Source of the DNA: Minisyncoccota bacterium
GTDB lineage: Bacteria > Patescibacteriota > Minisyncoccia > Phycocordibacterales > GCA-2747955
Assembly (NCBI GenBank): GCA_020628915.1
Contig: JAHDEI010000003.1
Location: 1,859-65,858, forward strand
Length of the DNA stretch: 64,000 nucleotides
Direction: 5' to 3'
A program made the translations under genes and the position numbers. How positions within the stretch are numbered: position 1 is the first letter of the stretch; each line of letters starts with the position of its first letter. The notes under the pieces are model-generated. The model was not told the DNA's origin. It saw only the letters and a program-made list of their open reading frames with translations, and ran no database searches. Positions 17,423-25,443 of this stretch are shown piece after piece.

Positions 17423-18193
17423 ATGAAACGTTATACATCATTTGCAATTATTGCATCACTTGCTCTTGGAGCCTGTGAAGCAAAGCAAGTTGAAGGAACG
17501 CCACCCAGTCCGTCATACTCGGAAGCCCCAGTTATTGATACTGGTATTCCGATTTGGCCTTCGGTTATCGAAGATGCACAGCTTACATCAGGACCGGACT
17601 TTAGTTTATCTAAAGATCCATTCACGACAAATATCGTTGTTGCCGTTGATACAAGCGGCTCAATGGGTGGTGAGTGTTCTGGTTCCCGGAAGATTGATTC
17701 TGCAAAAACTGCTATTCGCACGTTTTTGCGATCACTTCCTGCTGATGCAGCAATCGGAGTCGTCGAGTTTGGTAACTCAACCGGTGTGGTTGAACCTTTA
17801 GCTTTTGACAACATCGAGCTCGTCTCGAGTTCTGTTAATGCCTTGAGTTCTGGTGGGGGAACCCCCATGACGAATGGCATTCAGATTTCATACAACGAAT
17901 TAGTTCGTCGTGGGGTCAAACAGCAAGGGTACGGGTATTATCATTTGATAGTGCTCGGTGATGGTGCTCCAGATAACACTCGGTCTACCGTTAAGGAATT
18001 AGATCGTATTGCAATGGAAACACCTATCAATGTCCACACGATTGGTTTTTGTGCTGATTTGGGTGTCCTCGACCGTGAGGGCGTCCAATACCGCGAAGCC
18101 AGCAATGCAAAAGACTTGGTTTCCGCATTTTCTGCGGTCCTTGCTGAATCAACGGTAACATTTACCGGCAGCGGAGGATTCCAAGACTTTTAA
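17423..18193 (+). CDS. von Willebrand factor type A (vWA) domain lipoprotein.
   Basis: Lipobox LALGAC. MIDAS motif VVAVDTSGSMGG...GGGTPMTNG...VLGDGAPDN. GGAG ribosome-binding site before the ATG at 17423. The track start 17387 overlaps the upstream gene. Confidence 0.7.
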   Translation: MKRYTSFAIIASLALGACEAKQVEGTPPSPSYSEAPVIDTGIPIWPSVIEDAQLTSGPDFSLSKDPFTTNIVVAVDTSGSMGGECSGSRKIDSAKTAIRTFLRSLPADAAIGVVEFGNSTGVVEPLAFDNIELVSSSVNALSSGGGTPMTNGIQISYNELVRRGVKQQGYGYYHLIVLGDGAPDNTRSTVKELDRIAMETPINVHTIGFCADLGVLDREGVQYREASNAKDLVSAFSAVLAESTVTFTGSGGFQDF

Positions 18194-18251
18194 TTCAGTG
18201 AATTGGATTCGGGCTGTGCCCGAATCCGCCACAGACATTAGGAGAAACAAA

Positions 18252-19832
18252 ATGAAACCTATCCATATTTTTGGTGTGGTTATATTTGCCCTCATTATTG
18301 TCTCTGGTGTGATATTTGGTGCTCGTCTCTTTTTAGAAGATGAACATCGAGGAGCAACCAGCGACAGAGGGAAAACTAAAACCGAATTTGTTGTCGGGAT
18401 GGACTCGTGGCCTGGTTACATGCCACTTTGTTCAGACAGATTGCAACACCAATTATATAAATCTGAGAAGATCGACATACGATGCGTCTCAGATGGCGGT
18501 AATTATGCAGAGCGCATGGAAAAATTGGCCTCAGGTGAATTAGATTTTGCGGTTACAACTGTAGACGCACATCTTTTGACTGGGCCCCAAGAAAAATTTC
18601 CAGGCGCAATTGTCATGGTTATCGATCAATCAAAAGGTGGTGACGCCATTGTGGCGTGGCCAGACAAAGTTAACGGTATTAACGATCTTGGAACAACTGA
18701 TGGTTGGAAAGTGGCGTTTACGCCTGATTCCCCATCACATCAACTACTGCGAAGCGTTGGAAACGATTTCGGTATTTCAACACTCTTATCTGACGGAAAC
18801 TGGAAAGTAGAAGCAGATGGAGCAGGTGATGCATTACAAAAATTTCTCAAGCGAGAAGTGGATGTAGCAGTTGTTTGGGAGCCACATGTCACAGCAGCAG
18901 TTGCCGCTGGAGCAAAGGTGATTCATTCATCTGATGCAACAGACAAGGTAATTGTGGACGTACTATTGGTCAATCGTGACTTAGTACGCCCGAGCACGAA
19001 AGAATACGCCCAAGTCCAATCGGTCTTGCGCGAATATTTTTCTGCTTTGCGCGATATTCGTGATGACAGCAACATTATGTTGAAAGAAGCGCGATCATTC
19101 GTTAAGACATATGGCGGTCAAAGACTCTCTGATTCAGAACTCCAATCGATGCTCGATGGTGTTCAATGGATTAATCTTCGTGATAACGGAGAGTCTTGGT
19201 TTGGTATCGGGGGTGAATCCCCATACTACGGGCTTCGTGAAGCACATGAGTTTGCTCTGACTATTATTCGGTCTGAAAAAGGTGAAGATTTTCTTTCCCT
19301 CTTCAGAGCTGAACAAGTCATCCTGAGTGATCTTATATCTACCCTCTATAAAGATGGTGGATATCTTGGTGAGGCAGGCACAACCGAAACTGATCCATTA
19401 CGGAAAGCTTTTGGTGGCCTGACGGAAACTGAGTGGAATCGTCTACGGACGGTTGCATCTCTAAAGTCACGCCCTGTTATCTTTAGATCAGGAACAACTG
19501 ATTTAGATGAGGGCTCGCGTCGTGCACTTGCTGAGGCCATGGAAGATTTTAAGCGTTATCCAAAATCTCGCTTAGAACTTCGTATTGGATATCGTACTGG
19601 GGCAACCCAAGACGAGACACAAGTCGCACAAGATCGTTCTCAAGAGCGAGCACTAGCGGTACAAAACTACATCATTGATACATTTGGGGTCGACCCAGAT
19701 CGTATTCGTGTGTATGTACCTGCACCACAAGACCTGCGTTCTATGATTCGGCAACGAAGTGGCGAAAGTCGCCGGGCCTATATGGCTCGTCTGAGGCAGG
19801 TGGAACTGGTGTTAAAAGCAACACCACTGTAA
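18252..19832 (+). CDS. Membrane-anchored paralog. It has a substrate-binding-like domain and a C-terminal OmpA-like domain.
   Basis: N-terminal TM helix, an SsuA-like segment (FVVGMDSWPGYMPL...DFAVTTVDAHLL), and an OmpA-like C-terminus (RPVIFRSGTTDLDEGSRRALAEA...RALAVQNYIIDTFGVDPDRIRV). Start at the AGGAGA-preceded ATG at 18252. Confidence 0.55.
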   Translation: MKPIHIFGVVIFALIIVSGVIFGARLFLEDEHRGATSDRGKTKTEFVVGMDSWPGYMPLCSDRLQHQLYKSEKIDIRCVSDGGNYAERMEKLASGELDFAVTTVDAHLLTGPQEKFPGAIVMVIDQSKGGDAIVAWPDKVNGINDLGTTDGWKVAFTPDSPSHQLLRSVGNDFGISTLLSDGNWKVEADGAGDALQKFLKREVDVAVVWEPHVTAAVAAGAKVIHSSDATDKVIVDVLLVNRDLVRPSTKEYAQVQSVLREYFSALRDIRDDSNIMLKEARSFVKTYGGQRLSDSELQSMLDGVQWINLRDNGESWFGIGGESPYYGLREAHEFALTIIRSEKGEDFLSLFRAEQVILSDLISTLYKDGGYLGEAGTTETDPLRKAFGGLTETEWNRLRTVASLKSRPVIFRSGTTDLDEGSRRALAEAMEDFKRYPKSRLELRIGYRTGATQDETQVAQDRSQERALAVQNYIIDTFGVDPDRIRVYVPAPQDLRSMIRQRSGESRRAYMARLRQVELVLKATPL

Positions 19833-19848
19833 AGAAAGGAGAGTGTGT

Positions 19849-20640
19849 ATGTCGAAAAATCTTTCGACAAACCCATTTTCACAACGTTCAATCAGTAAGC
19901 ATGTCAAAACAAAGGCAACAAATAATGTCGTTACCCTTGGTTCCGGAGCATTTGCTTTGGGAATTGTGGGGATAACGGCTGCTGCCACCGGAGGGTTACC
20001 TCTCTGGGCATTGCTTGCTGCTGGCGGTTGTGGATTGGTGAGTGTCGGTAGTCTAACTAACGACCTCACTGCCAGAAAGCATTCGATTGTCAGTCGGTAT
20101 TTGCAAGAGGCTAAACAGTTTCTTGCAGAGAAAGCTGATCGTCATGCACAATCTCTCTTGGTTCGCGCGGAAGACTCAGGTAATGAAAAAGCTATACAGC
20201 AGATTCAAGAACTAGAGACTTCCTTCCGTGATTTTCGAGAATTAGTAGACGGCAAGTTACAAGACTCAGGTTTTGCACATGCTCGTTTTATTGGTTCTGT
20301 TGAACAAGCTCGTGAAGAAGCACTTTCAATGATCGAAGAAATTCTCGATAGCCTTGATGCTATTGAGAGTATCCCCGATGACTTAGGTGATCGGGTTGAT
20401 TCGTCAAATGATCGTGTCTCTGAGCTACGACGAGAGAGGTTGGGACATAAAGACAGGGTATATGCTCGAATTGACGAGCTATATGCCGGGGTCGAACACT
20501 GCCTGACAAAAATTTCAGAGTTGTCTATCAAAATTCCCCGCATAGGGAAGGGTGATAATTCTGATGCTGTATATCAGCGCAGTTTAAGAGAGTTAGAGAG
20601 TCTAGGCTCTCTTGCACAAACAATCAACAGAGAAACATAG
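19849..20640 (+). CDS. Membrane protein with two N-terminal TM helices and a coiled-coil C-terminal domain. It may be the XpaC-like partner of TelA.
   Basis: TM region VVTLGSGAFALGIVGITAAATGGLPLWALLAAGGCGLVSV, then a helical acidic domain. AAGGAGAG ribosome-binding site. It lies immediately upstream of the TelA-like gene, as xpaC lies upstream of yaaN in Bacillus. The homology is only inferred. Confidence 0.35.
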   Translation: MSKNLSTNPFSQRSISKHVKTKATNNVVTLGSGAFALGIVGITAAATGGLPLWALLAAGGCGLVSVGSLTNDLTARKHSIVSRYLQEAKQFLAEKADRHAQSLLVRAEDSGNEKAIQQIQELETSFRDFRELVDGKLQDSGFAHARFIGSVEQAREEALSMIEEILDSLDAIESIPDDLGDRVDSSNDRVSELRRERLGHKDRVYARIDELYAGVEHCLTKISELSIKIPRIGKGDNSDAVYQRSLRELESLGSLAQTINRET

Positions 20641-20651
20641 AAAGGTATATT

Positions 20652-21875
20652 ATGGTTTCTACAGCAATGGCCGCCGATGTGGCGGCTCAGGAAATCCAAT
20701 CGGTTCAGCCCAAGAAATTTACACTTGATGTGAATAGAATTGAGTCTGAAACAAAGCCGGTTGTGGTTGCCGATCCGGAAATGCATGAACGTGCAAACGG
20801 TTTGATTGAGTCGCTTTTGGCGATGGATCTTGATGCAGATCAAGAGGCAATCAAAACCGAAGTCTCACGTGCTGGCTCTAATTTGTTGCGAGGTGGAGGA
20901 CGCAAAAGCGAACTTCTCAGTGCAAAAATGAAAGAGCTAATGCAAGACAAAACTGGTGGCGAAAACGTTGCCAACGATTTGATTGCACTTCGAGATGAGG
21001 TTTCAAAACTTGATCCGGGCCGTGTGAATTTTTCGCCGGGCGGGATCGGTCGATTTGTCGAAAAAATGCCAATTATTGGTGGGAGAGTGAAAAAATATCT
21101 CAACCAGTATGAACGCGGTGATGTGGTTATTAACCAAATCGCTGACGGCCTGCGGGCTGGCCAAGCCAGACTCGAAAATGACAATGTGATCTTGCGTGAT
21201 GACCAGGCTGAATGGCGGATGGCCTCTATTGCCTTGAAAAAGGAAGCAGAGTTCCTCAAGTTAGTCAGCGATCAGTTGCAGTCTCGTATTGCAACTATGG
21301 AAAATCAAGAACATAAAGGTTTTCTGCAACGTGAAGTGGTATTCCCACTGATGAAGACTCACAGTCGGCTTTTAACTGCAGCAGCAGTTGATCAGCAGGG
21401 TGTTTTGTCCGCAGAAGTCCTGGTTCGTGCAAACACGGCACTAATCGAAGGCATCGAAGATGCGCTCTACGTGACCATCCGTGCACTACGCATCGGTGTC
21501 ACTCTTGCCGTCGCTCTTGCTCACCAGAAAAAAGTTCTAGGTGGGCTTGAAAAGACGCAAGACATGACCAACAAAATGCTGGAACGTAACGCAGACATGC
21601 TTGGTACTCAAGCAGCTGACGTTTATAAACGTGCTAGTGGTGTTGGTGTCAATGTTGATACATTGCAAGCAGCAATGGACAAATCCATTGCGGCCATCAA
21701 GTCTTTGGATGATTTCCGTATGGAAGCCATTCGAACAATGTCAGGCCAGATCAAGCAACTTGAGCAGGTTACTGACAATGGTGAAAAAGCAATTCGTGAG
21801 ATGGAAGCAGGCAACAAGATTGCCGATGACGTCTCTACAGCAGGCTTCTTTGCATATGCGCAGAAGGCTGCCTAA
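20652..21875 (+). CDS. TelA/KlaA (toxic anion resistance) family protein.
   Basis: Length of 407 aa and motif series (LRDEVSKLDPGRVNF...GRVKKYLNQYERGDVVINQIADGLRAGQARLENDNVILRDDQAEWRMASIALKKEAEFLKLVSDQL) that follow the TelA family pattern LDP...KY...Y...Q..I..I...L......L..DN..L......LW. Confidence 0.6.
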   Translation: MVSTAMAADVAAQEIQSVQPKKFTLDVNRIESETKPVVVADPEMHERANGLIESLLAMDLDADQEAIKTEVSRAGSNLLRGGGRKSELLSAKMKELMQDKTGGENVANDLIALRDEVSKLDPGRVNFSPGGIGRFVEKMPIIGGRVKKYLNQYERGDVVINQIADGLRAGQARLENDNVILRDDQAEWRMASIALKKEAEFLKLVSDQLQSRIATMENQEHKGFLQREVVFPLMKTHSRLLTAAAVDQQGVLSAEVLVRANTALIEGIEDALYVTIRALRIGVTLAVALAHQKKVLGGLEKTQDMTNKMLERNADMLGTQAADVYKRASGVGVNVDTLQAAMDKSIAAIKSLDDFRMEAIRTMSGQIKQLEQVTDNGEKAIREMEAGNKIADDVSTAGFFAYAQKAA

Positions 21876-21941
21876 CACTCTATTCTGCAGCCTTCGTGGC
21901 TGCCGAAACCTCATTACGTAATTTTTGAGAAAGGAAAAAAA

Positions 21942-23066
21942 ATGAAACGTAATTTTCTGTTGACTACAACAATGGCGATCACTCTAGCACTTGGTGCTTG
22001 TGGTGATTCTTCGAAACCGGCAACTCAAACTCCGGCCCCTGCTGCGACATCGTCAAATGTTGTGATGGGTAGTGGAGATACTTGTCGTTTCGCTTGGTCG
22101 CATTACACCGGCTGGGAACCAGTCTACATGATGCAATCAGAAGGGATCGCAGAACGAATGGGCGCGAAATATAATGTAAATATTACGATTTCGCCGCCAA
22201 TGGACTATGTCGAATCGTTGACGCAGTTCGCTGCGGGAACATTTGATTTTGTGACTTCAACCGGCATGGACGCATTGACGATTCCTGCCGCCGGAGGCAC
22301 AGTCACTGACTATATCGTTGCAGGTGATTTTTCAAATGGCAACGACGCAATCGTGGTAATCGATCCAGCCGGCTCGATCCAATCTGTTGCTGACCTGAAA
22401 GGCAAGGAGGTTATCCTTGTTGAAGGATCAGTGTCAGACTTCATGCTTTCGAAAGCTTTGGATGATTATGGCTTATCTGGGTCAGATGTTGTTCGCAAGA
22501 ACACAAGTGATGCAGATATCGGTTCTATTCTGGCTACTGCTTCTGACGGAACAGTTGCTGTGACATGGAACCCGATCGTACTACAAACACTCGAAGCTCG
22601 GAAAAATGATGGCGCCCGAAGTGTCTTTGATTCATCACAGACACCTGGCCTTATCATGGATGGTATTCTGGCAAACGATGGTGCCACTGAAGCCTGTCGT
22701 TATGCAGTTACTGCAGCCTGGTATGAAGCCGTCTCTCTGATTCCGCAGTCGCGCTCAGCAAATGCTGATCCGGCGGCATATGAAAGAATGGCCCGCTTTG
22801 CCTCTGGTAATGCGGCAAACTCAGTTGAGCTCTTTGATGCCCAGCTGGGGACGACCCGGATGTTTTACACACCAATGGACGGTATTTCTGTAATGGAAAG
22901 CCAGCAGCTAAAAGACAACATGGAATTCATCCGTGAGTTCGCAGCTGGTTCTGGGTTGATTGACAGCGCAGACGTCGTCGGTGTTTCGTTCCCGGACGGT
23001 TCCGTTCAAGGGGGTTCAAACGTAAAATTACGTTTTACTTCCAAATATATGAACGGCGTTCGTTAA
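21942..23066 (+). CDS. ABC transporter substrate-binding lipoprotein, NitT/TauT (nitrate / sulfonate / bicarbonate, SsuA-like) family.
   Basis: Lipobox LALGAC followed by the SsuA/NMT1-like sequence GWEPVYMMQSEGIAERMG...FDFVTSTGMDAL. It is genetically linked to the permease and ATPase of the same family. Confidence 0.7.
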   Translation: MKRNFLLTTTMAITLALGACGDSSKPATQTPAPAATSSNVVMGSGDTCRFAWSHYTGWEPVYMMQSEGIAERMGAKYNVNITISPPMDYVESLTQFAAGTFDFVTSTGMDALTIPAAGGTVTDYIVAGDFSNGNDAIVVIDPAGSIQSVADLKGKEVILVEGSVSDFMLSKALDDYGLSGSDVVRKNTSDADIGSILATASDGTVAVTWNPIVLQTLEARKNDGARSVFDSSQTPGLIMDGILANDGATEACRYAVTAAWYEAVSLIPQSRSANADPAAYERMARFASGNAANSVELFDAQLGTTRMFYTPMDGISVMESQQLKDNMEFIREFAAGSGLIDSADVVGVSFPDGSVQGGSNVKLRFTSKYMNGVR

Positions 23067-23100
23067 TTTTTCTCCTATGAGGACTCCCTTTCTGGGGGTC

Positions 23101-23155
23101 CTCAGCGTCACAGGATGTGTGTCCTGTCTGATGAGTCCAAAAGGACGAAACGCAG
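23101..23155 (+). ncRNA. Type III hammerhead self-cleaving ribozyme (copy 1).
   Basis: Helix III 5-prime strand and GUC cleavage triplet at 23104-23109 (predicted cleavage after C23109). Helix I hairpin acagga-ugugug-uccugu (23110-23127). CUGAUGA (23128-23134). Stem II gucc-aaaa-ggac (23135-23146). GAAA (23147-23150). Helix III 3-prime strand cgcag (23151-23155). A 10-bp hairpin (gaggacuccc...gggggucctc) lies immediately upstream. Confidence 0.75.
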
Positions 23156-23197
23156 TTGTTCATTTACATACAATATACGACAATGTTTTTAATGTAT

Positions 23198-23252
23198 GTG
23201 AAACGATATTGTGTAGGGCAGATATGGTCTTCACAATATCGTTTCACATGAG
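23198..23252 (+). repeat. Perfect 17-bp inverted repeat with a 20-nt loop, downstream of the ribozyme in the 5-prime UTR of the permease gene.
   Basis: atgtgaaacgatattgtg ...(20 nt)... cacaatatcgtttcacat. Confidence 0.7.
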
Positions 23253-23292
23253 GCGATTTTAAAACTCGCCTTAACGATAGAGAGGAGTTAAT

Positions 23293-24123
23293 ATGAGAAA
23301 AAAATCTATCTTTGGTCTTTATGGCCACATTAAACAGCCGTGGAATTTCCTGTTAGGGGTAATTCCAATTGCATTTTTATTCATAGGATTTCAGGTTTTG
23401 AGCTGGAATTATCTTGCTGATAATCCTGACGGAAAACTATTCCGTGGGTGGGAAAACGTATTTGCAGCTTTGCATCGGATGGCAACAGTCAAAGATGTTA
23501 TGTCTGGTGAATATTTGTTATGGAGCGACATGTTCGTGACATTAAAGCGCCTACTCGTCGGGTTAGGGTTAGCAGTTTTCTCTGCTGCTTTGCTCGGGGT
23601 TCATATGGCGTTCTTCCCATGGATTCGGGCAATCTTTTTGCCGTTTATCCGTCTTGTTTCCAATCTGCCGGTCATCATTGTGATCTCAATTGTCTTGCTA
23701 CTAGCAGGTACAGGAGAGTTCTTTAAGGTGGCGATGGTATTTCTTGGAACTGTGTTTTTGTTGAGTCGTGACATCTTTCGATCAGCTGATGCTGTATCAA
23801 GACAACGGGTTACCAAAACATTGACACTTGGTGCATCGCCGCTTGGTGTTATTTACCGAGTGATGCTGCCTAGGTTGGCACCAGATATCATTGCCGCAAT
23901 CAGACTTGCTTTGCCAGGCGCATGGATTTATGCATTGGTGAGCGAGATGACGATTTCTACTGATGGTCTTGGCTATCGAGTCGCAGTCATGCGTCGGCAC
24001 ATGGAAATGGACGTCATTATTGGGTACGTATTGGTGGTTTCACTACTGGCGATACTTATCGATTTTGTCTTAAAGACAATTTCTGAGAAACGTTATCCAT
24101 GGCACAACCCGGAGGGTAAATAA
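23293..24123 (+). CDS. ABC transporter permease, NitT/TauT (SsuC-like) family.
   Basis: Six TM helices. EAA-like loop (GASPLGVIYRVMLPRLAPDIIAAIRLAL). AGAGGAG ribosome-binding site. Confidence 0.75.
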   Translation: MRKKSIFGLYGHIKQPWNFLLGVIPIAFLFIGFQVLSWNYLADNPDGKLFRGWENVFAALHRMATVKDVMSGEYLLWSDMFVTLKRLLVGLGLAVFSAALLGVHMAFFPWIRAIFLPFIRLVSNLPVIIVISIVLLLAGTGEFFKVAMVFLGTVFLLSRDIFRSADAVSRQRVTKTLTLGASPLGVIYRVMLPRLAPDIIAAIRLALPGAWIYALVSEMTISTDGLGYRVAVMRRHMEMDVIIGYVLVVSLLAILIDFVLKTISEKRYPWHNPEGK

Positions 24124-24125
24124 CA

Positions 24126-25079
24126 ATGACCACCACAGATAAACTTGAAAAATTGATCGATGATTTAGATCAAAAAACAGTTGGTTCACCTAGAGAATAT
24201 GTTTTACATCTATTAGATGTACACAAATCTTATGACGATGGTCGTGTCCAGGTTTTACATGATCTTGATCTCAAAATTACCGAAGGCGAATTTGTAACTC
24301 TTGTTGGTCCATCTGGATGCGGCAAGTCAACACTTTTGCGAGCGGTTTTGGGTGAAGAAGATGTTACCGAAGGCACTGCGACAATTCGTGGTTCTGCAAT
24401 TAAGACGCCGGATGTGACACGAGGAATTGTCTACCAAGACCATTCTTTGTTCCCGCATTTAACAGCATGGCAAAATGTCATGATGGGTCCGAAATTGCAG
24501 CAGTCGTGGTGGAAATTCAAAAAAGTTTCTGAGGCAGACAAGCAGTTGGCACGAGAATACCTCGAGCGAGCAGGTATGTCTGAACACCTCGACAAGAAAC
24601 CATATGAGCTTTCCGGCGGTCAAAAACAACGTATCGCGATCATTCAAGCATTGATGGCTAAACCAGAAATTTTATTGATGGACGAACCATTTTCTGCGCT
24701 AGATGAGACAACTCGTGAAGATATGCAGCTGCTGCTGCTTGAGCTATATGAACAGACTGGCATGACCATTTTGTTTATCACTCATGATCTGACTGAGGCG
24801 TTATATCTTGGAACCAGAAACATTGCTTTGTCCCAATACTATGTTGACGGACGAGGTGATGAAACAAAAGGGGCCAGGATAGTTTCTGATATTCGGCTGC
24901 GTGAAATTGGTACAGCGATTTCTCCAAGTGAGAAGTCGTCACCGAAATTACATGCATTGAAAGATAAAATCCGTGCTGAGGCATTTGATCCTGACCATAT
25001 TAGACATGCAAAGGACTTTACGTTGACTCATCCGGATTCATTTCAAACACTAACCGAGCGCGAAGCCGCTGTCGTATAG
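24126..25079 (+). CDS. ABC transporter ATP-binding protein, NitT/TauT (SsuB-like) family.
   Basis: Walker A GPSGCGKST, signature LSGGQKQRIAI, Walker B LLMDEPFSALD. It overlaps the permease stop by the sequence ATAACAATGA. Confidence 0.85.
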   Translation: MTTTDKLEKLIDDLDQKTVGSPREYVLHLLDVHKSYDDGRVQVLHDLDLKITEGEFVTLVGPSGCGKSTLLRAVLGEEDVTEGTATIRGSAIKTPDVTRGIVYQDHSLFPHLTAWQNVMMGPKLQQSWWKFKKVSEADKQLAREYLERAGMSEHLDKKPYELSGGQKQRIAIIQALMAKPEILLMDEPFSALDETTREDMQLLLLELYEQTGMTILFITHDLTEALYLGTRNIALSQYYVDGRGDETKGARIVSDIRLREIGTAISPSEKSSPKLHALKDKIRAEAFDPDHIRHAKDFTLTHPDSFQTLTEREAAVV

Positions 25080-25085
25080 AACCAT

Positions 25086-25110
25086 AAACCCCACCTTGGT
25101 GGGGTTTTTT
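25086..25110 (+). terminator. Rho-independent terminator of the 9-gene operon.
   Basis: aaacccca-ccttgg-tggggtttttt. Confidence 0.8.
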
Positions 25111-25120
25111 CTTTGGTAAA

Positions 25121-25150
25121 GCAAAAACGATGCGTTCACATCGTTTTTGC
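25121..25150 (-). terminator. 12-bp hairpin downstream of tRNA-Arg (minus strand).
   Basis: gcaaaaacgatg-cgttca-catcgtttttgc. Confidence 0.5.
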
Positions 25151-25153
25151 CTT

Positions 25154-25228
25154 TGGTGCACCCGCCAGGACTCGAACCTGGAATGACGGTTCCGAAGACC
25201 GTAGTGATATCCATTTCACCACAGGTGC
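25154..25228 (-). tRNA. tRNA-Arg (anticodon TCG). The 3-prime CCA is encoded.
   Basis: Reverse complement reads GCACCTGTGGTGAAATGGATATCACTACGGTCTTCGGAACCGTCATTCCAGGTTCGAGTCCTGGCGGGTGCACCA. Anticodon stem ACGGT/ACCGT, loop CUUCGGA, T-arm GGTTCGAGTCC. Confidence 0.8.
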
Positions 25229-25282
25229 ATGTTCGGTTGAAATAGCTTCCTAATAATGAGTGCAAATTTTTTAACGGTCTGT

Positions 25283-25384
25283 GACCGTAGTGACTATGGT
25301 TTTATTTGCATTTCACCACAGGTGCATATTTCGGTTTTTTGATCGCACCTGTTATTTACATTTTTCGTAGGTGCATATTCAGTT
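25283..25384 (-). repeat. Degenerate partial copies of the tRNA-Arg 5-prime half plus its upstream flank (pseudo-tRNA fragments).
   Basis: gaccgtagtgaCtatGG...catttcaccacaggtgcatatttcggtt (25283-25336) matches gaccgtagtgatatccatttcaccacaggtgcatgttcggtt (25198-25239). A third fragment, cgtaggtgcatattcagtt, lies at 25366-25384. Confidence 0.5.
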
Positions 25385-25443
25385 GTGCGCGCATTATACA
25401 TAGTTTTAAAAATAAAGAAAAGCTTGTATGATGAACTATACTC

